A DNA stretch of 62,065 nucleotides, the filler included, from a bacterium (lineage in GTDB: Bacteria > JBDRGX01), in the NCBI GenBank assembly GCA_043817485.1. It is 3 parts of 3 records of this genome, joined end to end, with 100 filler letters (N's around TTAATTAATTAA, not from the genome) between each part and the next. Parts side by side here need not be neighbours in the genome. Positions count along the whole stretch, not along the records: positions 41,973 to 62,065 come from JBDRGX010000105.1; 2 more parts are not named here. One strand, written 5' to 3'. A program made the translations under genes and the position numbers. Numbering within the stretch: the stretch's first letter is position 1; each line of letters starts with the position of its first letter. The notes under the pieces are model-generated. The model had not been told where the DNA came from. It did no database searches and worked only from the letters and a program-made list of their open reading frames with translations. Of this stretch, positions 61,921-62,065 are shown one piece after another.

Positions 61921-62020
61921 GTAGGGGCAATTCATGAGACTGTGTCACAATTGGTAAAAAAATTACTTTTTGAAAATTTCATAAGCAAAATTTAAAATAA
62001 AACATAAAATTATTCTATTG
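61921..62020. mobile_element. Half REP fused to a diverged IS1182-type right end
   Basis: GTAGGGGCAATTCAT directly followed by GAGACTGTGTCACAATTG and an AT-rich tract similar to 27847-27930. Confidence 0.78.
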
Positions 62021-62043
62021 TCATTCCTGTGAATACAGGAATC
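62020..62043. repeat. REP-like hairpin GTCATTCCTGTGAATACAGGAATC
   Basis: ATTCCTGT/ACAGGAAT stem; similarity to the IS end stops here. Confidence 0.5.
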
Positions 62044-62065
62044 TACTCTTTCTCTATCAGAAAAT

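Noticed and set aside
1-62065. Alternative genetic code (TGA recoding) suggested by the very low GC
   Set aside because: Conserved genes are full length in code 11, and kdsA, recG and ubiD end at TGA at the expected positions

Overview
Very AT-rich bacterial sequence from a probable diderm (kdsA/kdsD, OmpA-domain and beta-barrel-like proteins), read in genetic code 11. Two 100-nt N linkers containing TTAATTAATTAA (22886-22985, 41873-41972) join three separate contigs, so gene order across them is not biological. Contig 1 holds kdsD/kdsA, a glycosyltransferase-methyltransferase-wzm surface glycan cluster, recG, a W/Mo ABC transporter pair, dnaX, ubiD-family, cutA, ispH, rpsA, trm112-like, rplU, rpmA and obgE. 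Contig 2 holds yjbQ, glyS and a ~7 kb accessory region ending at tRNA-Pro (DUF2141 relic, AIPR, decayed IS1182, group II intron-like relic, flavin reductase, secreted proteins), then rdgB, a GAF/HD-GYP protein, trpA and a dcw cluster lacking rsmH. Contig 3 holds carB, a PQQ-propeller/OmpA protein, an interrupted hydrolase, phoH, metG, an orphan type I-C-like CRISPR array cut by IS1182, an IS481 relic, typA, ilvN, lolD-like, fdhE, miaB and a PAC2-family gene. The most notable signals are: IS1182-type ends at the apex of both a CRISPR repeat hairpin and a REP palindrome; nested mobile relics; a dispersed heptad-repeat element; several one-base homopolymer frameshifts; a possible dnaX A9 slippage site; a C-terminal TSWxxIK motif on a secreted protein; and many operon subunits lacking their usual partners. 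All calls come from reading the sequence, with no database searches.
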